Shown: positions 27,846 to 36,229 of the stretch, piece by piece
How the letters are laid out: every line of letters begins with the position of its first letter
How positions within the stretch are numbered: the stretch's first letter is position 1
IMG/VR virus record: IMGVR_UViG_2778261177_000005
DNA from: a virus
Lineage: Duplodnaviria; Heunggongvirae; Uroviricota; Caudoviricetes
Reading direction: 5' to 3' (one strand)
Length of the DNA stretch: 43,152 nt
Notes under the pieces: model-generated
The model's input: the letters and a program-made list of their open reading frames with translations, nothing else
Databases searched by the model: none
Told to the model about the DNA's origin: nothing
Made by a program: the position numbers and the translations under genes

Positions 27846-28001
27846 TTACTCCTCAGGTTCGTAAGCTGTGAAGACAGCGACCTCCGTCTGGCCGGTTCGG
27901 ATTCGTACCTCGCAGAGGTCTTTCCTCGTTACCAGTGCCGTCACTATGACGGTAATACAGATGACGATCAGGGCGACTAACATCGCCTTTTGCTGCTTCA
28001 T
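27846..28001 (-). CDS. hok: Hok/Gef-family type I toxin (HokD/RelF-like)
   Basis: 51 aa MKQQKAMLVALIVICITVIVTALVTRKDLCEVRIRTGQTEVAVFTAYEPEE; single TM helix then conserved Cys; RBS AAGGAG; in-frame upstream extension in ORF 27846..28058 in the mok position. Confidence 0.85.
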   Translation of the reverse strand: MKQQKAMLVALIVICITVIVTALVTRKDLCEVRIRTGQTEVAVFTAYEPEE

Positions 28002-28292
28002 AGCCTGCTTCTCCTTGCCTTTCGGCACGTAAGAGGCTAACCTAGATTTGCCGTTCATAGATTGAGCCTCAGATTAATGTTAAGCGTCTTGCAGGACGCG
28101 TAATGTTAACTGGGGCTCTTCTCTATCTGCCTTTTGGTGTTCATGCCCGAGGCAGATAGCCTCAAGCACCCGCAGCAATTTTACTTAACTCCCCTTTTCA
28201 CGCAAACCGTTTTTATCCCCAGCGGCAAATCGAATACACCACCAGCGCCACCGCCATCGCAATTCCTACCGTTGTGAATGCTTCAGGCCAGG

Positions 28293-28976
28293 TCATTGAT
28301 TCACCTCCTGCGGTGGTTCAGGCAACGCTTCCAGTGATGCTTTCACAAACCACGCTGCCTGAACTATAACGCCATGAATCCAGCGCAAATCAGCATCGCG
28401 ATCTTTCTTTTTCATCTTTTCGCCACTTAAAGCCTGGCTTATGTGGCTGCGCACCAAGTCTTCATGTAACTCCTTCGCATCCTCAACGGTGAAACCACCA
28501 GGCAAAAGAGTCGGAGTTACCGGAGAGTTGGTTGACGTTTCCGAGATTTCCCGAAAGTTTCCGGCATGAAGCATGGCGGCGCGGCAGGCGTTCCATGAAA
28601 TTTCCTGAAGGGAACGACGAATCTGTGTGCTGCATATACTCCTCCCTGACTCCTGGCTGTTAAACCATGTTTCAAATTCCGGCACTACTGGTGCTGGTTG
28701 GGTGGTGACATTGGCAAAGGCTGCACGCAACCCTGTCTTAATTTCCTCTACCTCATCAGCGCCTGGCGATGAATCTGACAGTGCGCGATGGAATGCGTAA
28801 GCCATGTCGTCGTTGATTTCTACAGGCACACTATCAGCCTTGCGGCGCTCCTGTAGCTCGCGCAGAGCCGCTGCAACATAATGACTATTGTGCTGGTCAG
28901 CCCACAGAATGAGCCGAATCAACGTTGCATTTGAAACGTATTCGTCTGTTAGTTTGCTATTGGTAAAAGTGGTCAT
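28293..28976 (-). CDS. hypothetical protein
   Basis: 227 aa; ATGA overlap with the HNH gene; no motif recognised. Confidence 0.5.
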   Translation of the reverse strand: MTTFTNSKLTDEYVSNATLIRLILWADQHNSHYVAAALRELQERRKADSVPVEINDDMAYAFHRALSDSSPGADEVEEIKTGLRAAFANVTTQPAPVVPEFETWFNSQESGRSICSTQIRRSLQEISWNACRAAMLHAGNFREISETSTNSPVTPTLLPGGFTVEDAKELHEDLVRSHISQALSGEKMKKKDRDADLRWIHGVIVQAAWFVKASLEALPEPPQEVNQ

Positions 28977-29338
28977 GCTGTAGCCCCTTCTTGATATTTT
29001 TCAAACCAGAACACAACCGGGTCAGGTTTCATTTCAACCAATCCCATACGAACCAGCGCTTTGCCTTTCCCGGACGCAAGGAATTCACGACGACCATCAC
29101 TGATAATTCGCCGATAATCTTCCAGGCTACTGCAATGCTTGTGCAGATTGCATGGGTGGCATGCCGGAACCATGTTGGATATATCGTCACGTTCCTGGTG
29201 AAGCATATTTCCAGCAAAACGAATGACCGGTTTTACATGGTCTGCATGCCACTTTTCGCCAAGTTCGCAGCCGCAATAAGCACAGCGACCGCCGAACTTC
29301 ATGCGCAGCTCTGCACGTTGTTTTTTCGTCAGTGCCAT
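28973..29338 (-). CDS. HNH endonuclease
   Basis: ORF 28973..29428; ATG at 29338 gives 121 aa with CAYCGC...HADHVKP...NMVPACHPCNLHKH, an HNH/zinc-finger nuclease signature. Confidence 0.75.
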   Translation of the reverse strand: MALTKKQRAELRMKFGGRCAYCGCELGEKWHADHVKPVIRFAGNMLHQERDDISNMVPACHPCNLHKHCSSLEDYRRIISDGRREFLASGKGKALVRMGLVEMKPDPVVFWFEKYQEGATA

Positions 29339-29339
29339 A

Positions 29340-29558
29340 TCAGCTTTCCTTATACGGATTAATTTTATTGTGCAGTGTGTTGAACGACGCCCACACCACG
29401 TCGTTATACAATTCAATAACTGGCTCAATTATTTTCCCGATTGCCCAGACAAAAATTAGCGGGGATATCGGTATCAGCAACACGATAAACAGAATGAGAA
29501 ACAAAAATTCTGTCACTCTACTTTTTCGCGGATATTCTTTTCTGAATAATGCAGTCAT
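29340..29558 (-). CDS. small hydrophobic (single-TM) protein
   Basis: 72 aa with a strongly hydrophobic core FLFLILFIVLLIPISPLIFVWAI; no clear RBS at proper spacing. Confidence 0.3.
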   Translation of the reverse strand: MTALFRKEYPRKSRVTEFLFLILFIVLLIPISPLIFVWAIGKIIEPVIELYNDVVWASFNTLHNKINPYKES

Positions 29559-29652
29559 TTATTACCGCCCTTTCGGGCGACCTCCTGATGTTCTGAGGGT
29601 GCAGAAATCCCTCCGGTTAAGGATTAAATTTTATTTACAACACTAAATTTAA

Positions 29653-30177
29653 TTATTCAGGCGCGCGAATCTGTTCCGCACAATGCAACAATGCTTCTGT
29701 CACTTCCTTAAGCGTTACGGTATCGGCATCATCCAGTCCTGCAACTTTTGCGTGCCTGACAAACGCCGCGCGAAGCTCGTTAAACGCCACCGCCCGTACA
29801 TCAGCCAGGAAAGCATCTGTAGCCGGGGTTTGCGGCATACCTCCGTCTGTTGCGCAGATATACGCATCAGATATTTCATCCTGCTCGCCATTAAACACAT
29901 AGCAACTCTGTAAGATAAATTTATTCAGCCGCGCATTCTCCGCCGCCAGCGTCATGCGTTCTTTCTCAAGTCGGAAAATTTCAGTCACGTATTTGGCGTT
30001 TTCACCCCCCTTGATTAACTCGTTAATTCGTTTGCTTTTAATTTCCAGTTCATCCAGCAGTTCCAGCACAACCTGAGGTGTGGCTTTCATACGAAATGCC
30101 AGCAATTTTTGTGGTGTGGCTGCTATTTTTATTGCTTCTGCCGCCCCACGCAGTGCCTGATAGTCAATCTTGCTCAC
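29653..30177 (-). CDS. Ead/Ea22-like protein
   Basis: 174 aa, GTG start with RBS AAGGAG; N-terminus MSKIDYQALRGAAEAIK resembles Ead/Ea22-like prophage proteins as I recall them. Confidence 0.45.
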   Translation of the reverse strand: MSKIDYQALRGAAEAIKIAATPQKLLAFRMKATPQVVLELLDELEIKSKRINELIKGGENAKYVTEIFRLEKERMTLAAENARLNKFILQSCYVFNGEQDEISDAYICATDGGMPQTPATDAFLADVRAVAFNELRAAFVRHAKVAGLDDADTVTLKEVTEALLHCAEQIRAPE

Positions 30178-30430
30178 TGGTTGTCTCCTTTTTCCATGTT
30201 TTCAGACTTTCACCACAGAACGGGCAAAATGAGACTCGAATAGGTGATTTAGAAAATTCACCGGAACGCAACATCACCAAATCAGGGGCGCGAGTTAAAT
30301 TCTCATTCCAGATTTTGTATATCAGCAGACCTTTTCGCATCGTGTATTCAGCATCATGCTCAAGGGCTTTTGCCAGTGCCGCACATGGTTCTATCTGATT
30401 GCCATTAACCTGACATTTTGATTCGCTCAC
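30164..30430 (-). CDS. small hypothetical protein with C-terminal CxxC
   Basis: 88 aa; GTG start overlapping the upstream stop (GTGA); CPFCGESL motif. Confidence 0.4.
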   Translation of the reverse strand: MSESKCQVNGNQIEPCAALAKALEHDAEYTMRKGLLIYKIWNENLTRAPDLVMLRSGEFSKSPIRVSFCPFCGESLKTWKKETTSEQD

Positions 30431-30849
30431 AGCATCACCTCCTGAAATTTCCCCTGATAAAACGCCAGCACTCGCTGCATAACCTCACTCTTCCGGCACT
30501 CGCGACAGATTATGTTCAGGTGTCTGTCGTAGCGGCGTATTTCTCCGTCAGGTAATGACCTGATAAGGTCCGGATCAACCACAGCCGTTTTCTTCACCTT
30601 TGCCCTTGAGAGTTTTTTGCGGGCGTTTTGCCAGTCCTTACGGGCCTGTTCAGAGGGAAATAACCCGTAGCCAGAGTTGTATACATCACCACTAGCAACC
30701 AGCTCTCTGGCGAGAACACTCATCAGATATCTTGTCGCACCTGTTTTCGCTTCCAGTTGCCGTAACGTCTCGCGCCCACTCCGGCGTACTAGCTCAACAA
30801 CCTGCCCTTTAATTTTTTCTCGCTCTTCCTGTGTAAATACTTTTGCCAT
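30427..30849 (-). CDS. hypothetical protein
   Basis: ORF 30427..30915; ATG at 30849 has strong RBS GGGGAGGG; 140 aa, basic, with CRECRK motif. Confidence 0.5.
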   Translation of the reverse strand: MAKVFTQEEREKIKGQVVELVRRSGRETLRQLEAKTGATRYLMSVLARELVASGDVYNSGYGLFPSEQARKDWQNARKKLSRAKVKKTAVVDPDLIRSLPDGEIRRYDRHLNIICRECRKSEVMQRVLAFYQGKFQEVML

Positions 30850-30865
30850 AAGCCCTCCCCAGGAA

Positions 30866-31627
30866 TCACTTTTCCGACACAATACGACTGGAGGAATCAA
30901 CAATCTGTCGAACAATATCCCGGTGCTTATTCAGCTCCCGCAGCGCGGCGCAGACACGCTCCCACTTCTGGACATGACTTTTCGCCCGACGCAGTTCGCG
31001 GTTTGCCATATGCAGCGATGGTAAAACCAGGTCATCCGCTTGCGTTTCGGCGAACGGTGGCAACGACTGCACAATATCCGCCACAGTTTCTGTTTTAATA
31101 TCTTCCTGTGTTGCAGCTTCCTGTACTGGTAACGCAACACCGGCTGGCTGAGGAAAGGCTTTACCATCAGTTTCCGCTACCGATGCCGCTTTCGGCTCTG
31201 CTGGTAAATTACCGCCCGGCATGCAGTAACGAAATTTACCGTTCTGATTAACACGAATCAGACGACCTTTGCTGATTGCCATTGCCAGCATTGAAGCCAC
31301 TTTGCGGGATGTTGTACCGAACAGCGTAGCCAGTTCATCCGCCGTTTGTGGTCCGCGTTGTTCAATCGTCGCGGTTAAATCGCACTCTGAGATTTTCGCT
31401 ACTGTCGCCGTGCTGGTTTCTTCCGGCTGTTCTTCTGGCGCTGGCTGTTCCTGCTGAACGTTGTTATCAGCCACACGCCAGGTGTATGCGCTTTTATCAA
31501 CGAAGCCAGCCTTTTTAAGTTCCCACAGCTCATTCAGCACTTCTTCACGACTGATATCAAGTCGCGCAGCCAGCTCTACCGACGTGGCTTTTCCCATCGC
31601 TTTCAGTGCGTCAAAAACAGTCTCCAT
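30866..31627 (-). CDS. double winged-helix DNA-binding protein (DUF1627-like)
   Basis: 253 aa; two wHTH-like segments ([29 protein letters not shown] and [32 protein letters not shown]) separated by a Glu/Pro/Gln-rich linker. Confidence 0.5.
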   Translation of the reverse strand: METVFDALKAMGKATSVELAARLDISREEVLNELWELKKAGFVDKSAYTWRVADNNVQQEQPAPEEQPEETSTATVAKISECDLTATIEQRGPQTADELATLFGTTSRKVASMLAMAISKGRLIRVNQNGKFRYCMPGGNLPAEPKAASVAETDGKAFPQPAGVALPVQEAATQEDIKTETVADIVQSLPPFAETQADDLVLPSLHMANRELRRAKSHVQKWERVCAALRELNKHRDIVRQIVDSSSRIVSEK

Positions 31628-31647
31628 AAATTTCCTCCCGGTAAAAA

Positions 31648-32394
31648 TTACTTTTCAATACCTGGCTGACCAACATTCGGGCGCCAGCTCTCCCAGTTAA
31701 AATTCACCCAGCGCCCGCCGTTCATGGTCATGCGATCCATAATCCGCTCGCCGAGCAATGTTTTCATGGCCTCATAGTTCAGGTTTGTCAGCATTCCCAC
31801 GCTACGCATCGACGCTGTCCGTCGATCAATAATCTGGTGCAGTACCACCTGCTCGTTTTTCGTCTCGCGCTGAATGCCAATTTCATCAAGAACCAGCAGA
31901 TCCACTTCGCACAGTTCCCGCAAAAATTTTTCGCCTGACTGCCCGTCGTCATAGCTGGCGTGCAGGGCGCTCATAACATCAGCCACGGTAACCACAATCA
32001 CTGTCTGACCGTCTTTCAGCAGGCGATTCCCGATAGCTGCCGCTAAGTGATTCTTCCCGGTACCAGGTTTTCCGCTGAACGCAAAATTTGTACACCCGGT
32101 CATCAGTTCATCGGCGATGGATTTCGCCTGGCTTAACGCGTATCGCTGGCCGTCGTTCTGCACCTGGTAATTCGCAAACGAGCATTTACGGTGCAACGGC
32201 TGGATGCCTGAGCGATTCAGAATTTTTTCCACCCGCAACTGGCGATTCAGGCGGTTGATCTCCTCGCTACGTTTCTGGCCTTCAGCAAGTTGCCACTCGC
32301 GCCACTCCGCAACCGTTCTGAATGGGGCGGTTACATGTGGTGGGGTCAGTCTGCGGATACGCTCCAGAACGCCTCCTGTCGCAATATTTTTCAT
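31648..32394 (-). CDS. DnaC-like helicase loader (IstB-like AAA+ ATPase)
   Basis: 248 aa; Walker [11 protein letters not shown] and Walker B LLVLDEIG visible; downstream of the O-like gene. Confidence 0.8.
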   Translation of the reverse strand: MKNIATGGVLERIRRLTPPHVTAPFRTVAEWREWQLAEGQKRSEEINRLNRQLRVEKILNRSGIQPLHRKCSFANYQVQNDGQRYALSQAKSIADELMTGCTNFAFSGKPGTGKNHLAAAIGNRLLKDGQTVIVVTVADVMSALHASYDDGQSGEKFLRELCEVDLLVLDEIGIQRETKNEQVVLHQIIDRRTASMRSVGMLTNLNYEAMKTLLGERIMDRMTMNGGRWVNFNWESWRPNVGQPGIEK

Positions 32395-32400
32395 GGTCTG

Positions 32401-33189
32401 TTACCCCCTGAAGCCTGGCGGGATCGCACTGTCCGGCAACGAGACGGTGTTAACCTGTCGGAGCAACGTCTCAGGCCGAACACCTTTCGGCGCGAACAGG
32501 CCCTGGTATTCATTGGCGATGCTGTGTCGAATCACCTGCTCAGGTGTAAAACCCTGCTGACGGAATTTTTCCAGTTCCCGTATCGCCCCGTTAGCGCCCT
32601 GCTCCGTTCGAATCGGTTTTCGCAATGCCTGTCTGAACCGGACCCACTCATGCCAGAGTGTTTCCGGCAACCAATCGGGCAGCTCAATAGCCTCCGGCTC
32701 GAATTTTTTAGACGCTCGTTTTTGGCGAGGGGGATTTAGGGGGAGATCAGTATTTAGATCTTCCTCTTCCTCTTCCTCTGGTAGCGCTTTTTGATCCGTT
32801 TGTGTAACGCCGGCAGCGTTACCTTTTCGTTTCAGTTCACGTATTTTTGTAACTCGCTCGTTTGTAACCGCCCGTTTTTTAGAGCTTTTTCCGTTATGGC
32901 GTTCAAAGTTAGGTAGAGAAAGCCCAACGTCATTTTCGACCAGCCATCCAACCTGAATTAACGCATCAGCAAAACCAGCCATAAAAGTGATGCGATCTAT
33001 TGCACTTTTTGTAACGCCGCGAGCGTTACAATCTGCATTACCGTCTATCATTTGTTGATCCGCCCATGCCCAGAAGCGAATAACCTTCCCTAATGCGGCA
33101 TCTGGATCAATATTCAGAATCTCAGCAAGCCTGAATATTTCCGGCTTATCCGGCGTAATAACCTCGAGCTTTATCCAGTTTGAAGCCAT
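32401..33189 (-). CDS. replication initiation/replisome organiser protein (O-like, YdaU/DUF1376-like)
   Basis: 262 aa; RBS AAGGTGA; poly-Glu linker (EEEEEED); position upstream of the DnaC-like gene. Confidence 0.55.
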   Translation of the reverse strand: MASNWIKLEVITPDKPEIFRLAEILNIDPDAALGKVIRFWAWADQQMIDGNADCNARGVTKSAIDRITFMAGFADALIQVGWLVENDVGLSLPNFERHNGKSSKKRAVTNERVTKIRELKRKGNAAGVTQTDQKALPEEEEEEDLNTDLPLNPPRQKRASKKFEPEAIELPDWLPETLWHEWVRFRQALRKPIRTEQGANGAIRELEKFRQQGFTPEQVIRHSIANEYQGLFAPKGVRPETLLRQVNTVSLPDSAIPPGFRG

Positions 33190-33221
33190 TTGTTTTCACC
33201 TTGTAACGCTCGCAGCGTTAC
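32803..33221. repeat. three copies of a 19-bp palindrome GTAACGC-N5-GCGTTAC (32803..32821, 33011..33029, 33203..33221)
   Basis: Read directly: gtaacgccggcagcgttac, gtaacgccgcgagcgttac, gtaacgctcgcagcgttac; two inside the O-like gene, one just upstream of its start; about 200-bp spacing. Confidence 0.7.
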
Positions 33222-33266
33222 ATTTAACTGATACCGAACAAAACAATCCGGCACGATTAATTTCAA

Positions 33267-33689
33267 TCAATGCACTACGACAGAATCACCGGGCGACCCA
33301 CCACCGCTGAAATGTGCTTTCCGGTAAACGGCCTGGACTGCATCATCATGCGCATCAATTGCCGTACTCAACGCTTCCTGCGCCGCCAGTAATGCACGGC
33401 GTTCCAGGGTATCGAAGATGCAGAGTCGGTGACGCAGCTCGCGCGGAAGAATTGCCAGAACCGCAGGGATCAGTGTCTGAATTTTTTCCCTTTGCGCTTT
33501 CGTTTCACCTTTTAACCAACGGTGATAGATGTTCTGCTGATTATTCCAGTCCTTGCCTGGTACCAGGGGCAATTCGCCGCCCCCCTGGCGCAGATATTCT
33601 TCAGTAATTGCATTGGCTACCCACGCCTGCCCTTTTTCGGCTGCCAGGGCTAACAACACTGATTCGATGTGCTCATGCCTGATTTTCAT
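33267..33689 (-). CDS. YdaT-like protein (Rac-type early regulator/toxin family)
   Basis: 140 aa; ATGA overlap with the cro-like gene; length and sequence resemble Rac YdaT as I recall it. Confidence 0.5.
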   Translation of the reverse strand: MKIRHEHIESVLLALAAEKGQAWVANAITEEYLRQGGGELPLVPGKDWNNQQNIYHRWLKGETKAQREKIQTLIPAVLAILPRELRHRLCIFDTLERRALLAAQEALSTAIDAHDDAVQAVYRKAHFSGGGSPGDSVVVH

Positions 33690-33928
33690 GAATCAACCGC
33701 TCCTATGCTGTTTTCGCTATGCTTACCGTCTGGGGGGAATACATCGTCAAGTCCACAATGAGCGCCAAGCCGATTAAGGGTAGAAACAATTTTTCTGCAC
33801 TCCTCTAGTCCAGGGGTACGAAAATTTGCTTCGTAATTTGCCAGTCGGCTTTGTATCCACCCTAACTGAACAGCAAGTTGTCTTTGAGACAGCCCAAGCT
33901 GTTTTCGATATGTTGAAATTTTGTTCAT
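33686..33928 (-). CDS. Cro/YdaS-like HTH regulator
   Basis: 80 aa; HTH YRKQLGLSQRQLAVQLGWIQSRLANYE; strong RBS GGAGG; divergent from the repressor gene. Confidence 0.7.
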   Translation of the reverse strand: MNKISTYRKQLGLSQRQLAVQLGWIQSRLANYEANFRTPGLEECRKIVSTLNRLGAHCGLDDVFPPDGKHSENSIGAVDS

Positions 33929-33952
33929 TGAAAACCTCCGATGACAATTTTA

Positions 33953-34013
33953 AACACACCTTGTGTTATATGGTCAAGCTGTTTTGTGTTTTATGTAAAT
34001 CACGATTCGTGAT
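33953..34013. promoter_or_regulatory. divergent promoter/operator region between the cro-like and repressor genes
   Basis: Palindromes aacac-acctt-gtgtt (33953..33967) and atcac-gattc-gtgat (33999..34013); candidate -35/-10 elements on both strands. Confidence 0.6.
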
Positions 34014-34024
34014 ACAAGGATGCA

Positions 34025-34444
34025 ATGGAAAAAGAAAACGAAAAAATTGCCGCTAGTAGGCTCAATGACAAAATTGCAATGCGTCTTAAAGAGCGCAGGC
34101 AGAAGCTTGGTTTATCTCAAGGAAAACTTGCTGAAATCTGCGGATGGACGCAATCGCGTATAGGTAACTATGAGGCGGGCAGCAGAAATGTTGGAGTGCA
34201 TGACGCTGTCGTATTGGGAAAGGCACTTGGCATATCTCCTCCTGAGCTCCTCTTTGGAGAACAGGAATCTTCTGAATTGTGGTTAAATGAATCCCAACGA
34301 AAACTTCTTGAGTTGTTTAACCAGCTACCGGGCTCAGAACAACAACGAATGATTGAGCTATTTGAAGTCCGGCTAAAAGAAATCGATGAGTATGTAGAAA
34401 AATATTTGAGAGGCAGGCTTAAAGATAATCCCCCACCGGAGTAA
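34025..34444 (+). CDS. prophage repressor, HTH XRE-family (RacR/CI-like, no peptidase domain)
   Basis: 139 aa; HTH RQKLGLSQGKLAEICGWTQSRIGNYEAG; RBS AAGGA; divergent from the cro-like gene; followed by a terminator. Confidence 0.75.
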   Translation: MEKENEKIAASRLNDKIAMRLKERRQKLGLSQGKLAEICGWTQSRIGNYEAGSRNVGVHDAVVLGKALGISPPELLFGEQESSELWLNESQRKLLELFNQLPGSEQQRMIELFEVRLKEIDEYVEKYLRGRLKDNPPPE

Positions 34445-34474
34445 TGATCTTGCTATCACAGTAATATGCCAATC

Positions 34475-34498
34475 AGCCCGCTATCAGCGGGCTTTTTT
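34475..34498 (+). terminator. intrinsic terminator after the repressor gene
   Basis: AGCCCGC-UAUCA-GCGGGCU followed by UUUUUU. Confidence 0.75.
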
Positions 34499-34527
34499 GT
34501 ACCATCATAATATGATACCCACCGCAA

Positions 34528-34569
34528 AACACATTTCGTGTTGACACAAGAAAACACATTGTGTTTAAT
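34528..34569 (+). promoter_or_regulatory. PL-like early promoter with two operator palindromes
   Basis: -35 TTGACA (34541..34546), 17 bp, -10 TTTAAT (34564..34569); palindromes aacac-atttc-gtgtt (34528..34542, overlapping -35) and aaacaca-t-tgtgttt (34552..34566). Confidence 0.65.
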
Positions 34570-34743
34570 AAGCATATCCAAACAACGCCCCACCAGAGAA
34601 CGGCAGGACAATACCTCGAGTTATCCAGCCACTGAACAGGGCTAAGTAGCCAGCCTGAGGCATACGAACATGACGGCAGTTGTTGATTGATACAAAGCGC
34701 AGTAGATAAAACGTTCCGCCACCCGGCGTTAAGGGGAAAAAAG

Positions 34744-34962
34744 ATGGTTGGTGAAGATCTGGTTGTTATTAACGGTCAATTGTGCAGCAAAGATGTGGCA
34801 GCCATGCTTATTAGCAAGGTTCTTCCAACTGTGCTGGAGGTCATTGCAGAAAAAGTAAAGGCTGGTCATCCAGACAAGGAAGTTGAAGAGGCGGCAAAAA
34901 CAGTTGTTCATGCCGCTACAGAAGCAATTATTTTGAAGAGCCTAGTTTCGCCCAAGCCTTAA
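34744..34962 (+). CDS. small hypothetical protein, first gene of the PL-like operon
   Basis: ORF 34687..34962; ATG at 34744 has RBS GGGGA 8 nt upstream; 72 aa; not N-like (no arginine-rich motif). Confidence 0.35.
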   Translation: MVGEDLVVINGQLCSKDVAAMLISKVLPTVLEVIAEKVKAGHPDKEVEEAAKTVVHAATEAIILKSLVSPKP

Positions 34963-35122
34963 GTGAATCGGCGCTTTTTTTAGCATCACGTTCATTGAGT
35001 AGTGACAAAAACTCATTCTCAGCATTCTCGATTTCCGAGAAAAATTCTTGATGAGTTGTTTCTCGCTGCGATCTGATGCTGAAAGCTAAAGCAAGTAGCC
35101 AGGCTTTGTCTTTATTATCCAT
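34928..35122 (-). CDS. small hypothetical protein, convergent with 34744..34962
   Basis: 64 aa; weak RBS AAGG; overlaps the 3' end of the plus-strand ORF by 35 nt; one of the pair may be spurious. Confidence 0.3.
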   Translation of the reverse strand: MDNKDKAWLLALAFSIRSQRETTHQEFFSEIENAENEFLSLLNERDAKKSADSLKAWAKLGSSK

Positions 35123-35517
35123 CGGAATACCTTATTACTGGTTGTGTGAGAACTCCAGTATACCACCGAGCCTGAAGTGGTAAAAAGACAGGCGCACAAC
35201 ACGAAGGCGCATTTCCGGTATTCATAAAGAGTCGGTCTTGTCTGTTAAATTTAAATGGTGGGAGTGCGCCTCCGGTTGTAAATAACGACATTGCTATGTG
35301 TAGTCTTTGGCGGCATAAGTTCTACTCCGTGGCTGCCCTGCCACCCCTTTTTAAAGTGAATTTTGTGATGCGGTGAATGCGGCTAAGCGCACGCGGCACA
35401 GTTAAAAGCATCAGTGTTATGGGTGGATTATCCGGCGTTAATTGTTAACTGGTTAACGTCACCTGGAGGCACCAGGCACCGCATCGACAAAATTCATTTG
35501 TAAAAATGGAGATAATT

Positions 35518-35739
35518 ATGATTGCTCATCACTTCGGAACTGATGAAATACCACGTCAGTGTGTGACCCCTGGCGATTATGTTCTTCATGAAGGTCGGAC
35601 ATATATCGCCTCGGCAAACAATATTAAAAAGCGAAAACTTTATATTCGTAGCCTGACTACAAAAACATGCATTTCTGACTGCATGATTAGAGTCTTCCTC
35701 GGTCGTGATGGTTTACCTGTAAAGGCGGAGTCATGGTAA
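35518..35739 (+). CDS. KilR-like small protein (putative cell-division inhibitor)
   Basis: ORF 35506..35739; ATG at 35518 with RBS GGAG; 73 aa, the length of Rac KilR; Rac-like gene order (kilR-ydaE-racC-recE-recT). Confidence 0.45.
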   Translation: MIAHHFGTDEIPRQCVTPGDYVLHEGRTYIASANNIKKRKLYIRSLTTKTCISDCMIRVFLGRDGLPVKAESW

Positions 35740-35912
35740 TGACTAAGAAAATAAAATGTGCTTATCACCTTTGCAATAAAGAAATTGAAGAAAGCAAAAT
35801 CATTACAAGACCACTTCATTTCATGCGTGGAGTTATACCAACGACGGAAATGAAAAAATATTGTAGTGAAATCTGTGCCGAAAAAGACCAGATGGCACAC
35901 GAACTTTAATTA
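35739..35912 (+). CDS. YdaE-like small zinc-binding protein
   Basis: 57-aa ORF not in the supplied track (below 60 aa), translated by hand; TAATG coupling to the KilR-like gene; CAYHLC...CSEIC Cys pairs. Confidence 0.4.
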
Positions 35913-35983
35913 ACTGACTATCCGAAACTGAATTTATGCCAGCAATGGCAGGGATTCGCTCAACCTTAATTAAGGAGAAAAAC

Positions 35984-36229
35984 ATGATTACCAGTTATGA
36001 AGCCACTGTTGTTACTACTGATGACATTGTTCACGAAGTTACCCTGGAAGGAAAGCGTATTGGCTACGTGATTAAGACAGAAAATAAAGAAACCCCATTC
36101 ACTGTGGTTGATATCGACGGTCCATCAGGCAACGTTAAAACACTTAACGATGGTGTTAAAAAAATGTGTCTGGTGCACATAGGAAAGAATCTGCCCGCAG
36201 AAAAAAAGCCGAATTTCTGGCAACTCTGA
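35984..36229 (+). CDS. small hypothetical protein (RacC position)
   Basis: ORF 35936..36229; ATG at 35984 has strong RBS AAGGAG; 81 aa. Confidence 0.4.
   Translation: MITSYEATVVTTDDIVHEVTLEGKRIGYVIKTENKETPFTVVDIDGPSGNVKTLNDGVKKMCLVHIGKNLPAEKKPNFWQL

Noticed and set aside
34744-34962. First PL-operon gene as an N-type antiterminator
   Set aside because: No N-terminal arginine-rich motif; the protein is acidic to neutral and unlike N proteins.
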